DNA of 64,000 bases from Marsupella aquatica. Taxonomy: Eukaryota > Plantae > Marchantiophyta. The stretch covers positions 13,385,480-13,449,479 of the forward strand of contig OZ316894.1 in assembly GCA_973895155.1 (NCBI GenBank), given 5' to 3'. This document shows positions 23,501 through 36,900 of this stretch, piece after piece. The notes under the pieces are model-generated. The model saw nothing but the letters and a program-made list of their open reading frames with translations. It was not told the DNA's origin and made no database searches. A program made the translations under genes and the position numbers. The stretch's first letter is position 1; each line of letters starts with the position of its first letter.

Positions 23501-25048
23501 ACAAATGAAGTGGAGTATGCTGGATCAGGTCGACTTGCTTTAAGTTCAGCTTGAGATGTATTAGTTATTTGGATGAGTAGTGAAAGAAACAAAACTGAGT
23601 TGAAGTTGAAAGGTAGTAAGACAAAAGAGGAATAAAAGAGCTATGGCTTTTAAAAAGCTTTTTGAGGGGAATTTTCTCCCGTTGACACGTGGTTGAATAT
23701 GAGACTTTGAAGTTCATAAGGGCCATGAGGATGGAACGGTGATGCCTGCGATGGAGGTTTGGGTGAAAAGAAGAGAGAAATGGTCAAATGTGGGTGTGTG
23801 TCGTGGTGGTTATTGTTAGAAGACTTGGTCGATCTGTCAGGCGATGGGGGCAAAGTAGGTGGGATACTGAGGTTGGGGAAGGAATTCTGGAGGCGTATCG
23901 TGTATAGTTAGAGTGGAAGAAAGAAGGGAGACGACGAGCTTGGGCTGAGGAGTTATTTTGTTGTTATTATTATGGAGAAGATTGAAGTTTTTGAGTGAAG
24001 CGGAAACAATTGGCTGATGAAGGGCAGAAGAGACTGAAAACTTCTGGTGGCAAATAGAGTTGTTTGCGAGGCAGTTGCGGGAATGAATTTATTGAAGTTC
24101 AGGAGAGAAACAGCCAGATGTTTTCTTTTGAGGTGAGAAAAAATTGGATCAAAGTCTGATAGAAAATGAGAATGGATCGTGAGAGGAATCGGGAAGTGTA
24201 GTGGAGAAGATTGCGTGTTGGAATACGGAGGACGATAGTACTATGAAGAATTGAAGAGGGTTACAAGAAAAGAGGAAAGGTAAATGAAATAGAGAACAAA
24301 AGGCAAAAATGAGGAATGGGAGGCTAAGGAGATCGATAAGGGAATTCTGAGGAATGCCCAAAAGGAGTTGAGAGCTATTAAAGAATGCTAGGGACGGACT
24401 GATGAGCTATCCACTGAATTAACGGAGCTGAATAAGTGTGCTGGCTGTACTCGGGTCTGGAGGAGGGAAAGTTAGGATAGATTGATGGTTAAATAGGATG
24501 CTAAGTAGATTACTCCTTATTGAGGGAGTGCAACTATCGTGGTAAGAAGTGAAATCGAATTCAGTGTGGCTCGGAGAAGGAAGAAAATCTGGAACCTATT
24601 AGGGTTGGGAACGCAAGGAAAGAAGGGTGAAGAAGGAGGAAGATCCTTGTTTCCTCGGTAAACTTTACACTGGATTCTTGGTTTCCATAAGGCAAGTAAA
24701 TTCAGAGTAGCAAGCGCATTAGGAGAAGAACTTGATTACACCCCGGAGTGTAATTGGTGATTAGAAGAAGCAAACACGACTGTAGCAGAAAAAGATTTCA
24801 AGTAAGCAATCGACCTGGGAGGACATCAGATCAGGCTGGTGGTGCAAAGACAAAGGGATTACTCATACAGGAAGAGAATTGGGTGGAGCAAGGATCGAGA
24901 AGGGCGGTGGAAGTGCCCTGGTGAGAGGTGGTGAAGAACGATTGAGCCTAGGGACTCGCTGACTTATGGAGATTACAAGATATAGTAAGCACATTACCCC
25001 TGTGGGTGGAAGGCGATCACAGTGATCGATAGTAGACTTACCAAAAAG

Positions 25049-25190
25049 TGTCGCACAAAGGACATACTTAAGCCCCATCTCATCCAATCGCCCCAAGGAA
25101 TCCCCATCTCATCCAATCGCCCCAAGGAATCCCCAGTGCGACATTGGCGACCATACTGGGGATTCCTTGGGGCGATTGGATGAGATGGGT
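25049..25190. repeat. 95-bp TG...CA mini-LTR-like unit forming a fold-back with the post-PBS leader
   Basis: TGTCGCAC...GTGCGACA (25049-25143) contains 2 tandem copies of ccccatctcatccaatcgccccaaggaat, the reverse complement of 25157-25189. Confidence 0.8.
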
Positions 25191-27124
25191 GACTATGATG
25201 AAGTTGATCGGATCTCAAGCATCGTCATGTTGATGATGAGAACCATAAGGAAGGAAGAGCTTGAGGCGGAAAGGGCGAACAGGGAAGCGAATAGAACTAC
25301 TCGGTGTCTCCAAGAGGTTCTGAAGGAGAATGGGCAGTTCAATGGGAGAAATGTGACAAGCTACCTTAAGTCTTACTTGACAAAAGGAGCTGTCTACAAG
25401 TTGGACGAAGGGACGGCGGTGAAAGAGTTCATGGTGCTGGTTGAGAAGGAGTTGAGTTCGACGGTGTGGACCATCGTTGAGTCAGCTAAGGGCTGGGATG
25501 ACTTCGACCATAAGATGAAAGAGGAGTTCCAAGCAAAGGATGCTGATCGGGTCACGCAGGCTACCTTCTTGGATTGGGTGAATGATAGGAACAAGAAGCT
25601 GAAGGGGCCGCAAGAGCTCCTAAGGGAGTTCAAGAGAAAGGTGTCTCGGTTATCGAAGCGGGATGTGGGAATCATCAAGTTGCAGCGCTCGACGCTCTTC
25701 TTGAGGGCAGCCGATGAGGACCTTCGAGAGGAGCTTGAGAATGCGATGGAGTTGCTGGAACCTTCGAGAGTTACCTTGTCTAACGACTGGAACCAAATTG
25801 AGAAAGCGGTGTCAAAAGTGAGCAATTGACACCGGCGGCAAGAGCTAGACAAGGAGGCTACCACTCTCGACCTAAGGCCGCCGGAACTGACATTGAGGAA
25901 AGGGAAGCGAGAACCAGCGAAGGATGAGATCAAACCATCGATGGATGATCTCGCGGAAATGATGCAGAACTTGAAGATCTTGGTGGCACATGCAGTCGAG
26001 AATCCAAAACCAAGGGTTGCGAGTGCTCCCAAGCGGAAGCGAGAGTTGCAGAGTTGGCCATGCATATGATGCAACAACAAAGAGCATGACAAACGGGAGT
26101 TCCTGGACCTAAGGGAAGCTGCGGATAAAGGGCTGATCAAGTTCATTGGTGAAGTTGGTCAGAAAAAGATATTGTTTGCCGATACTGAGGAGCCGATTCC
26201 ATTCAACTCCAACAAGGGAGGCATGAAGGCTTTGGCTGAGAAGCGAGCTGGGAAGCGAGTCAAAGAGGCTTCCTCTTTGCACCTGGAAGCGAATGTTTAC
26301 AATGTGGAGTTGGATGGCCCCGTGATGGAAACAGACAAGTTTTACAAGCGCTTGGCGGATCTGGTGCAAGAGAGATCCGGATGGAGTGACCCGGTGCTGA
26401 TCAATGCGATAACAATTGAGGTTGGGGCTAGTTGGGATGCCTCGGTCAAGTCAAAAAGGAAGAAAACCGACAAGGATGACACTTCGTCTCAATCAGGGGA
26501 ACGAGAGAGGTGGGATACTAAGACAAGGAAAGAAGGGTTAGGTTCAAAGAAGAGGAAATGAGCGAGAAAGAGCCAGAGAAAGGGAAACCGATCAGGAAGG
26601 ACCCGGGCTGGGTGCTTGGCAGGGATGTTGACCAGGCCATGTACCCGGAGGTTGTAGCTGAGAAGTTCTGGAGCCAACGGGCTCAAGGGTTTACCAATGC
26701 TGAGTTCTTTGGCAGGATGAGGCGGGAGATCCAGGAAGCGATCTTGGAGAGATCCAAGAGGAAACGGATTTACAAAGAGGGCCCTCACACCTTGATGGGG
26801 GAGGCTGGCAAGACGGAAATTGGGAGTTTCTGAACTTACACTGCTGGGGCATCCATGGGTCCAGGTAGCAAGCTTGCTGGCCCCGAAGAGTCAGACTTGG
26901 GGAAACCAAAGAGGGTCAAGTCCCTTGGAGGGGAGCTGATGGACGATGAGTTCTTTGATGCGGAAGAGGAGCTCATGGACTTGAACGATGAGTTCTTCGA
27001 TGCGGAAGAGGAGCTCATGGGAACCGGAAGCGAAGCTGAGTCTGTGGCAAACAGGGACCCGACTGAAGGGAAAGAGCAAGAAGGCATTACCGCACAATCG
27101 AGGACCATTCATGTCATGCAATGA
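25167..27124 (+). pseudogene. gypsy gag region, fragmented
   Basis: FNGRNVTSYL...WDDFDHKMKEEF gag-like motifs directly downstream of the PBS; broken Zn knuckle (CI*CNNKEH). Confidence 0.7.
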
Positions 27125-27198
27125 AAGGAAACGATTATGCTTACCGAGATGGATATTGGGCTTGAGCAAGTCCGGAGAGCGAGTGCCAGTTAGAAGGA

Positions 27199-27642
27199 AT
27201 GGAAGGCAAGGTGCGGGCACTCATTGATACTGGCTTGGAGATCAACTTGATGGATCCAAAGGTGTTTCAAAAGGGGAATTGGCCGGTGGATAATGAGTTG
27301 CTTTGGAGTGTGAACTCAGTGAGTTTGATGAAGGACTATCTTTGGGGCGGATGTCCGAATGTGATGGTGAAGTTCGGGAATGTCAAGCAGGCTTGTAACA
27401 TTTTTGTTCATGAGCACTTGTCGTTTCCAGTGATACTAGGCATGTCGTTCATCACTGAATGGAGGATGGAGACGAAGGTTCTGGACGATACTACCTTCAT
27501 GGTGAAGGTTCGGAGCAAAGATGGGAAAGAGGTGGTTCAATTTCCAGCTATTTTACTTGGAAACGAGAGGAATAGGAAAGGGTTGAGGACTCAGAGTGCT
27601 GACTCTGGTCCAGGTCCGGAAAACAACTTGGCACTTTGCTGA
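27199..27642 (+). pseudogene. gypsy aspartic protease
   Basis: ALIDTGLEINL catalytic motif and VILGMSF. Confidence 0.85.
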
Positions 27643-27779
27643 AAAGAGTGGATCGGTGGAGTGCTTGTTCCTTAGCTCCTTGTGAAGGGGAAAACACGAT
27701 GGATAATGGAGAGGATGAGCCACTCAAATGTGCGGAGTCTAACTTGGGAAGGGACAAGCTGGAGAAGGAATTGGAAAGG

Positions 27780-30700
27780 CAGTACTCGTCTATGGTCGTG
27801 CTTGTATACTTGAGTACCAAATACAAGATGGTCGACAAGAAGGTGAGGCCGGCGGCGATACCTTTGCCGGACGATGCGATGGAGGTTATAGATCGAGCGA
27901 GATTGGAACCTAGGCTGAGGCCAACTGATCGGATAGGGCATAAGTTTACTCAAGAGAGTTTGGCAAAGCTTAAGATTGGTTCGGATGGGTTACTTACGGA
28001 GGTGGAGCAAGTGGCATTTCAAAAGATGATAATGGAGCATGGCAAGGCATTCTCGTTTTTGATTGAGGAGATTGGTTGTGCGGATCCGAGATGGTCATCT
28101 TTACTGTCCCTCATGTTCCGTGGGATCTGAAACCGATTTCGGTTCCACGGGCTTTGGCTCCGAAGCTTGCGGAACTACTTAAGGAGAAGCTGAGTGCTAG
28201 GATTCTCGAGAGGTCTGATGCTCCCTACTCGAACAGATGGTTTACAATGAGAAAGAAAAATGGAAGCTTGAGGTTCATTCAGGATATGCAACCTCCGAAC
28301 AAGGTGACCATCAGGAATGTGGGAGTTGGGCCACTCGTGGATGAGTTTGCGGAGGAGTTCGCTGGGAGGGCGATCTACTCCATGGGTGATTTGTTTTTGG
28401 GTTACAACCAGTTCCAATTGGTGCAAGAGAGCCGAGACATTACGACTATAAGGACCCCGTTGGGCCTCTTGAGGATGTGCACTCTTCCTCAAGGGGCGAC
28501 AAACTCAGTAGCGCACATGCAAAATGCGATGAGTAAAATCTTGGAGCCGTTCATTCCGGAAAAAGCGAGACCGTTCATTGATGATGTCCCAATAAAGGGG
28601 TGCTTGGCTGAAGGGAAGGATGAGACCTTGAGGAGTGATGGGATCCGACAGTTTGTGTGGGATCACATTGCTGATGTTAAGGCGGTTCTTGAGAAGCTGA
28701 TTGATGTGGGAGTTACTCTTTCGGGGGAGAAGTCTGAATTCAGGATGAAAGAGGTGAAAGTTGTTGGGAAAATGTGCGGGTCTTATGGAAGGAAGTCGAA
28801 CATGGACAAGGTGAGAGCTATTAGCAAGATGAAGGATTGCAAATCGGTGCCGGAAGTTTGGAGGTTTCTGGGTGCTTGTGACTTTTACAAGATCTGGATC
28901 CCTCACTTCTCGCACCTGGCGGACCCGCTCTATGAGCTGTTCAGGAAAAAGGTTAAGTGGAGATGGCTACCCGAGCATAGTGAAGCAATGGCTAAGCTTA
29001 AGAGCGCTCTCATGAGCCCGCAAGTTCTCCGAGTTGCGGACTATGAGAGCGGGCAACCACTGATCATGATTGTTGATAGAAGTCCATTTGCAGCTAGGTG
29101 GGCTGTTGGGCAAGATGGCGAGAATGGGGAAAGGTATGCGATCAGATTTGGGGAAAAAAATTTTACGGAAAGGCAAAGGAGATATGCCCAAGTTAAGAGG
29201 GAGCTTTGGGGTGCCAAAGTGGCACTCCATCAGGAGAGGAACTATTTGATTGGGGCGCCGGTGGTGGTTGAGACTGATTGCCAATCGCTGTTGGGGATGA
29301 TTGCGAATTGTGACACGCCTGACATAGCGATGCTCAGGTGGATCACTTTCATTCGGATGTTCAACCCTGAGCTAAGTCACATTGCGGGAAAGGACAATCC
29401 GGTTGCCGACATGCTATCAAGGGCGAGATTTGGAAATGAGGTAGCAACAAGAGTTGGCAAGGTGACCGGAACCGAAAGTGTTGGAAGTCTAGAGTTCAAG
29501 GAAGAACTCTATTTGGGAGAGTTGCTGGATATCGGGCGTTACATTAGCACTTTGGAGAAGCAACCAGAGTGGAGTTACCAAGAGTTTGTCAAGATCCGGA
29601 AGAGATCTTACAAGTTCCTATTGAGGGAGGGCTACTTGTGGCGAAGGCATAAGGACCCAAGTCAGTTGTTGCAGAGGGTTGTGGATACTAAGGATGAGAA
29701 AGACCGAATTCTCAAAGAGTGCCATGATGCTGACATGGCTGGGCATTTGACTTACGAGAGGGTTCGGAAGCTGTACTGGTGGCCAGGTTTATACTTGGCC
29801 ATCCGAGACTATGTCGAGACTTGCGAGATTTTCCAGTTTTACTCGAGGATCCGACATAGGGATGGATTGGTTCCGACTTACCCCGTGGCTCTACACTTTC
29901 AATGGGCTGTTGATGTGATGTACATGCCAAGAGAGAGCAATGGGGCGAGATACTTGGTTTTGGCGAGAGAAGACTTGTCTTCTTATGTGGAAGGGAGAGC
30001 GTTGGTTTCAAACACTACTGCTGCGGTTTGCCAATTCATACTTGAGGATATCATTGCAAGGCATGGATGCTTTACAAGGATCAGAGCTGATAGGGGGGAG
30101 CTCAGCTCCAAGGAAGCGCAAGAGTTTTTCGACCAATACCGCATCAAACTGAAGCTGACTTCGAGTTACAATCCGGAAGGCAATGGGAAATCTGAAAGGG
30201 GGCATATTCAGATTGTGAGCGCTTTGGCTAAGGCTTGTGATGGGGACTTGGGCAGGTGGTCGAGTCTCTTTCCACTTGCTTTGTTAGCGGATCGGATGAC
30301 TTGTAGCTCAGTGACCGGATATGTTCCGGTTGAGCTACTTACTGGGCACTTGCCGATGATGCTGCTCGAGGAAGATGTTTGCAGCTGGCGACTGATTGGT
30401 TGGAAAGATGAAGTTTTGAGAGAGGAGTACGTTGCTGGCTCAAAGGATCGAACACTTCAACTTGTTACCTGCGAAGATTGAGGTGGCTCGGAAGCAATTG
30501 AAGATGGCGAGGTTAAGGAACAAGGGCAGGTTCGACAAGACTCATCGGTTGAGGCCTGTCTTGGTTAAGGAAGGGGATTGGGTTCTGGTTTACGAAAGTA
30601 AGTTGGACGAGCAACACTTGAGCCAAAACAAGTTTGCTCGGAGGTGGCAAGGTCTGTATGTGGTGGTTGCTATTCATGCGAATGCGACCTACACTATTCG

Positions 30701-30986
30701 GGAGTTGGATGGAATAGTTCACCAAGTACCTTACACAGGGAAAAGGGTGAAGATCTTCAAGAGGAGGACCGAGAAGGGAATGGACTCAAGTTCTGACTTG
30801 AGTGAATTTGAAGACAAGGCACTGGTCCAGGCGCATCCGTTGGACTTGAGTTTTGAAAGTGGCTTGACGGGGTCTGATTCAGATGAGTTGGACTTCGAGT
30901 TTCTGGAAAGTGGAGTGCCTAAGGCCGAGTCTGAAGGCTTTGGGTTGAGTTTCTTGAGGAGGAAGTGGTCCAGGCGCATGGCTTGA
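27780..30986 (+). pseudogene. gypsy pol: RT, RNase H, integrase (frameshifted)
   Basis: LPQGATNS and FIDDV (RT); ETDCQSL/HIAGKDNPVADMLSR (RNase H); ECH..AGH...CEI, WAVDVMY, ADRGEL, NGKSERGH (integrase); W.GLY (GPY/F-like). Confidence 0.9.
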
Positions 30987-31060
30987 GTTCGGACTCAGAC
31001 TTAAAGGAAATCTGATGGATTGGAGCAGACCGGAGGCTGCTCAGGTTTACTGGGGGAGGA

Positions 31061-31874
31061 TGTCGTGCTGAAAGATTTTGGCTCAGGAATGACTTTTATA
31101 GGGGATGATGGGCGAGGCCTCCTAGTTGGGTTGCGTGCATGCTGACTCGGAGGGGCTGCTTGGTTGGATGGATTGAGGTTTGGTGATTGGGTGACTCGTC
31201 GTCACCAGGTTTGGTGTTTGGGTGAGTCACCAGGCTTGGAGTTTGGATGAGCCTTGCTGATGACAGTTGGTTCAGGTTGGATGGTTGGGTTTCCGATGCT
31301 ACTTAAGACTTGAGCCTTGGCTCATTGAGGTTGGCGGTTGTCTATTGAGATCTGTTGAGTTTCGTTCTGTGAGTTCCGCTCCGTTCTGCGGAACTCGACT
31401 GTTGTGCGGCGGTTTTGGAGTTCTGGGCGAGTGTTGGATCCAGGTAAGGAGTTTTTGATCCAGGCGGGGATTTCTCAAGTTTGGAGCCTCGTCGATCCAA
31501 GCAGGGATTTCTCAAGTTTGGAGCCTTGTTGGTCCAGGCCCGAGTTTTGTGAGAGCTGTTTTAGACTAGTGGAGTAGCTAGTCAAGTTTTGGTTTTGTGA
31601 GCTAAGGAGGAGAGTTTTTCCGTCAGATTTTTGAGTAGATAGTCACTCAAGGAGTTCAGCTCGACAAGTTAGAAGTAGCGGCCCACCGTAGGGCCAGCTA
31701 CCAGACTCTTGCGGGCAAGCTTACTCAAGGGCACCCATTGTAACCTTTGTGAGAAAAGTAAAAAAATAATAAAGGAGTGAGAGTTCGCTCCAAAAAGTGC
31801 TTGTTGCCTGTCCCAATCGCAGCCAGAAACGCGCAGTTTGCCCAAGGAGCCCCTAACTTTAAGTCCTCGTGACA
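31061..31874 (+). repeat. 3' LTR of the gypsy element
   Basis: Follows the PPT; TGTCG...TGACA termini; homologous to the solo LTR at 3522-4353. Confidence 0.85.
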
Positions 31875-32400
31875 ACGACAGATGCTCGGGATTTGGAATC
31901 TCTAAACAGTGCGGGAGGTTCCTAGCCAGGATGCTCGGGCCGCATCCTGTTCTTGACCTACTTTGATTCATTCTACTGGATGAGGGAGATTTGATGACAA
32001 AATACAGAGTTGGTATGGTCTCAAACCTTCTGGAATGGAGAGAGATGGATTTACAAGGTGGGACTCTCAGTGTTCGCGAGATAATCGCGAGATGGATGTG
32101 CTGGAAGATAGGATGGATGAGCCTACTTTGGAAAAATTTTAGGATGACATTGGTGACCGCTGCGAGCTTGAGCCTAGAAGTACAGGGGACAATTGCTACA
32201 AGGGATCGGTCCACAAGGAGGCTGAACTGGTTCAGCGAATGGTTGGCGCTGCAAAAGAGAAAGAGATTGCTGCTTGTATCCCAATTCTTAGAAGGATCTG
32301 AGATCTTTCTATTCAAGAATGGCCCTCAAAGCTGCATACCAAAATTCAGTGGTCGCTGGAGGAGGCAACAGAGACCGTAACGGAACTTTTCAATTGCACA

Positions 32401-33012
32401 ATGATGTGCTATTTCACAGACAGAGCCCCCATGCTTCCGACCTTCAAATTATGGGTGAACAAGACATTTGTGAATGAAATGAATTGGCTGGTTTCCCAAG
32501 TTAAATTTGTGGGGAAAAGTTTCTACATGGTCACTTTCAGAGACCCTGCACATAGAGACTTTGCTTTGGTTGGCGCCCCGTGGTTCCTAGATAGGAAGTT
32601 TGTATTCACCTTCCCCTTGGATCCGTCTTTTGACATCAGGAGCAAATCCTATACAATGTTGCCAGTTTGGATTGAAATTCCTTTTAGAGCCCTAATCTTG
32701 GAGCCCTGCCGGAGGAAGCTGGCTGCTTCCTTGGGAGACATACTACATTATATCCAGGGTGATGACCTCAGCTCTTACCCACATGATCAAGCTTGTGTGC
32801 TTTGGGACACACATAGAGAAGTGCCACAGAGTGTGGAAGTGGAGATTCAGGATGGTCTGTCAATTTGGCAACCGGTGACATTCAAAAATATCCCATTCCA
32901 TTGTTTCAAATGCGGTAAAAAGGGGCATTTGGCTCGAGAGTGCAGGGCAGCAGAAGATTATGAGCCAGTGGGCCCCCTGTATCTACAACGGACAACATCC
33001 CCGTTGCTGTGA
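32401..33012 (+). pseudogene. LINE ORF1 core (DUF4283-like plus CCHC zinc knuckle)
   Basis: GAPWFLDRK...LPVWIEIP...CFKCGKKGHLAREC. Confidence 0.85.
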
Positions 33013-33970
33013 ATACTGAAGTTCCTCTTGCTGAGGCTGAAACTCCTCGAGACTTGCCCCCGACTGTTATTCCTACGATGGCTATAACAGTGGCCCCGAC
33101 AATGATAAATCAGGATGTGCCCCCGCCCATTATTTCTGTTGAGACTGTCGATGTCGTAAAGGAGGCCCCAATTATTCTACTCCCACTAGGTTACACACTT
33201 CCGGCTGTGGAAATAAGGGAACAACCAATACTGTTTGGGTAGGTGACAGTGGATGAGGTGAACCCACATCTGGTAACACTGACAGAGAATGGGGAACGAC
33301 GGGGGAAGTGGATCACCCTGGGGAACACACGACATTAGTTCTTTCACTTCGGGACAAAATCCCTCGGGTCATATAGGATTTGCAAGCAATGGTCCTCCCA
33401 CTGGTTACTACTACCACGGAGGGGAGCAATGTAATTGTGAATGAAATGGTGACTAAGGATCCAATTACTATCACAGAAGCAGGTGAACCGGCCCTTACCT
33501 TGGAGGATGGTGACAGAGAACCTATCTCGGCTTCTGAACCACCTTCAGATATGGAGTTGTCTGAATTTGAGGGGTTTATCGCACGAACGGAACTTACGAG
33601 AGAGCGTACCCGGAAGTTGGCGAAAAGATCTCCCCCTGAAGACAAAAAGAAAGAAAAGGGGAAAAAAGGCAAGGAACCATCGTTCCTTACACTTTGTTTC
33701 TGTTGCAAAGGTGCAGGATGCTGAAGGATGGTCTACCCCGGAGAAGAAACTGAAAGGTGATCCGTGAAGGAGCTCAGAGGGAGCTACGGCTCTACTGACG
33801 GTCAAAACGCAGGCACAAGGGAAATTATCACTGTTAATTAATGAAAAGAAACTTGTGGATCCAGAGATGAATTGTCCTGGGGCTGACCTGGGCACCCCGC
33901 TCTGAGGTGGGGTGCGAATAGGGGCTCCACCTTGAGAGGTAGTGAGTTGGAGTGGTAAAGTTGACTTCTA

Positions 33971-36900
33971 ATGAAGACTTTACAATATGCTTCATGGAAT
34001 GTGTGTGGACTTTGCAGCCCTGACCGCAAGAATGTGGTGGTTAAGTGGGTCTCAACGTTGCGGCCGCCTATTGATTTTTTGGCTTTACAGGAAATAAAAG
34101 CTGAGGCTTTTAGGCTTGACATTGCCCTTAAAGCAATTCTTCCATCCTTTCAATACTTCTATTCGCCTCCGGATGAGGGCAGAGGAGGCACAGCTCTTTT
34201 GATTCACCCGTCTTTTGTAGTGCTGGCATCTGGAATTCTTGATAGGGGTCGGGAAATTTGGACGAAGATACAATCAGAGGAAGGAAACTTTGGACTTATC
34301 AGTATCTATGCTCCCAACTCGATTAGTGAACGTGTCTTGCTGTGGAACGAACTGCTGCACACATTGCCCCAGGAGAAATGGATAATTGTTGGAGATTTTA
34401 ATATGATGGAGCAACAGGATGACTCCTCCGGTTCATCTCCCAGAATTAGGGGTTGGGAACTTGATACTTGGCGATTACTGAAACTACGCTTTGACTTACA
34501 GGATGCCAAGGGCATTATGGGACACATCACTGGCTCTAACTTTACATGGAGAAGGGTCAGAAATGGAAGACTGATACAGTCCCAGCTAGACAAATTCTAT
34601 CTAAGCGAAAAGGGTCAATGGTTAGAAGAGGTGATAGAGTTGAGGCACGATGGTTCATCTGCTCTGTCTGATCACGATCCGATCATCCTCACATTTAGGA
34701 TAACACCGAGACATTCAATGCCTACCGACGTTTGCAGAGCTACGTACTTCAAAGCAAACCCAGCTATTCTCAGGAAAAGAGAAAACATTGAAGCTCTCGT
34801 AGAAGCATGGGGCGCAAGAGAAGGAGGATCAGTGGACCCTCATCTGAGATTTGCAGATGCTATGCAAAGGGTTAGACGGTGCTACATGGAGCTACAATAT
34901 TCCCCTGTACCTTGGGAAGAAGAGATGCATTGACTAAGGGCTAAACTCTGTCATTTGAAAATGGCAATTATGGATGAATACACTGAAGATATGATTCTCG
35001 ACTTTACTAACACTAAACAGGGTGTCAGAGAAATGGAGATGGAAGAAGCACTCCATCATCGGAGGCTCGCTAGAATAAACTGGCTTGGACAGGGCGATGA
35101 ACCCTTGAAATTCTTTTTTGCAATGGTAAAAGCAAAATGTGATAGAGAAAATATGGAATATCTTATAGGGGAGGACGGAGAAGAGATTACGAAAGAGAAT
35201 CTGGTGATAAAAGAAGTGCAGCGACACTGTGAAAAGCTCTACACTCCAATGTTTGCTCCGAATGTGATGCGCAGAGAGATGTTGGAGGCTAGAAGGAAGC
35301 TATGTTAGCACACTCACTTTGCTCTTTCCGCTTCTGAGCTTCATAGACTAGAGAGGCTTCCTACTATGCAAGAACTGCATGATACACTACTTTCCCTTCC
35401 TAGCAACAAGGCCCCTGGGATTGATGGCATCACTGTTGAGGTACTATGGAGCTGTTGGGACTTCATGAAGGATGGATTCTATGAGATGACATGTGAATTT
35501 TGGCGGTCAGGGCACATGGCTTTTGGGATCAAGGATGGAGTAATTCGCTTTATCCCAAAGAAGACGGATAAAAGAAGACTAGGGGATTGGAGAGGGCTCA
35601 CGATGCTGACAACCACTTATAAGATCATGGCAAAGCTTCTTGCCTTGAGGCTGAAGATTCATCTACCAAAAATGATTAGTCCACAGCAAACAGGCTTCAT
35701 ACCCGGAAGGCACATATTAGAAAACATCTCCCTTACCTGGCTTCCTAGTGACTGGATTAACCTCACACAAACTCCTACTCTATTCCTGCAACTGGATTTC
35801 GAAAAAGCATTTGACAGGGTGGACCACTCCTACATCTGGGAAACCATGAATTTGCTAGGAATAGGATCCCACTTTATCTTTCTAGTTCGATCTCTATTGA
35901 GCAATGGATGTTCCAAAGCGCTGGTGAATGGTTTGTGGATAGAAGATATCAGGATGAGACGTGGAGTGAGGCAAGGATGCCCCCTCTCTCCTCTGCTATT
36001 TGCAATCTCTACTCAACCTTTCATGGATTTCTGTAATGCAGAGATAGCAGCTGGAAGGCTTAAGGGTCTGAGAATCAATTCATCTCTGACTATCTATTTG
36101 CTTCAGATTATTTGCGGATGATTTAGGAATGTTTATTCCTGCCACTGCTATAGCTTTTGAACAAGCCAAAAATGCTATCCACTGCTACAAATGTGCTACT
36201 GGGACCAAATTGAATTTGAAAAAATCAATTATTATCCCCTTTGCTGTGGATGTGATCCCTGACTGGCTAAGAGACACTGGATGTAGAATCAGCGAAACTG
36301 GAGAGATACAAAAATATCTGGGTGCCCCCTTTGGGGTAGAAATTCTAGAGACACAACTACACAATTTCTGTCTCGATAAAATTAGTGCACGATTGTCATC
36401 CTGGTCGTCACAATTTCTATCCTTTACAACAAGGCTGCTGCTGATCAAACATGTTTTACAGGCAATTCCTATCTACCATATGATGTTTATTCGATCTTCT
36501 CAGGTACTAGCTAAGAAGTTGACAAAACTTAATAGGACTTTCCTATGGGGAACTCAACCGCAAGGGGGAAGGAGGATCCCTCTGGTGGCGTGGGAGAAGC
36601 TGACAAGACCAAAGCTGGAAGGTGGACTTGGACTCAAGGATTTTCGGAGTCACTCTGACACTCTATTATGCAAATGGTTCACGGGTGCATTAGATGACCC
36701 TAGTTCTGAGTGGGCTCAAATGTATGCTGAGAATCTCAGGCTAACCAAATGGCGCAACTACAAGACGGTGAGAAGAAGCTTGTACTCCTTGAGTGACAAA
36801 TTACTATTGAGCACTCCTAGGCACTTTGGGAAACTTGTCTATACAGGGAAACTATGGAGTGCATGGGAGATGGCGAGAGAACATCTGATCTTCTGCCCAG

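Larger units (their letters stand above)
25049..31874 (+). mobile_element. Ty3/gypsy LTR retrotransposon (non-chromovirus), degenerate
   Basis: PBS TGGCGACCATACTGGGGA at 25145; gag, protease, RT-RNaseH-IN in gypsy order; PPT gggggagga at 31052-31060; 3' LTR 31061-31874. Confidence 0.9.

Noticed and set aside
24776-25048. ACGAC followed by TGTAG as an alternative 5' LTR start, matching ACGAC after the 3' LTR
   Set aside because: Only weak ~30-nt resemblance to the LTR and none beyond; cannot be supported without alignment to family copies.
25394-29284. Minus-strand ORFs over gag/pol
   Set aside because: Antisense shadows of the retrotransposon ORFs.
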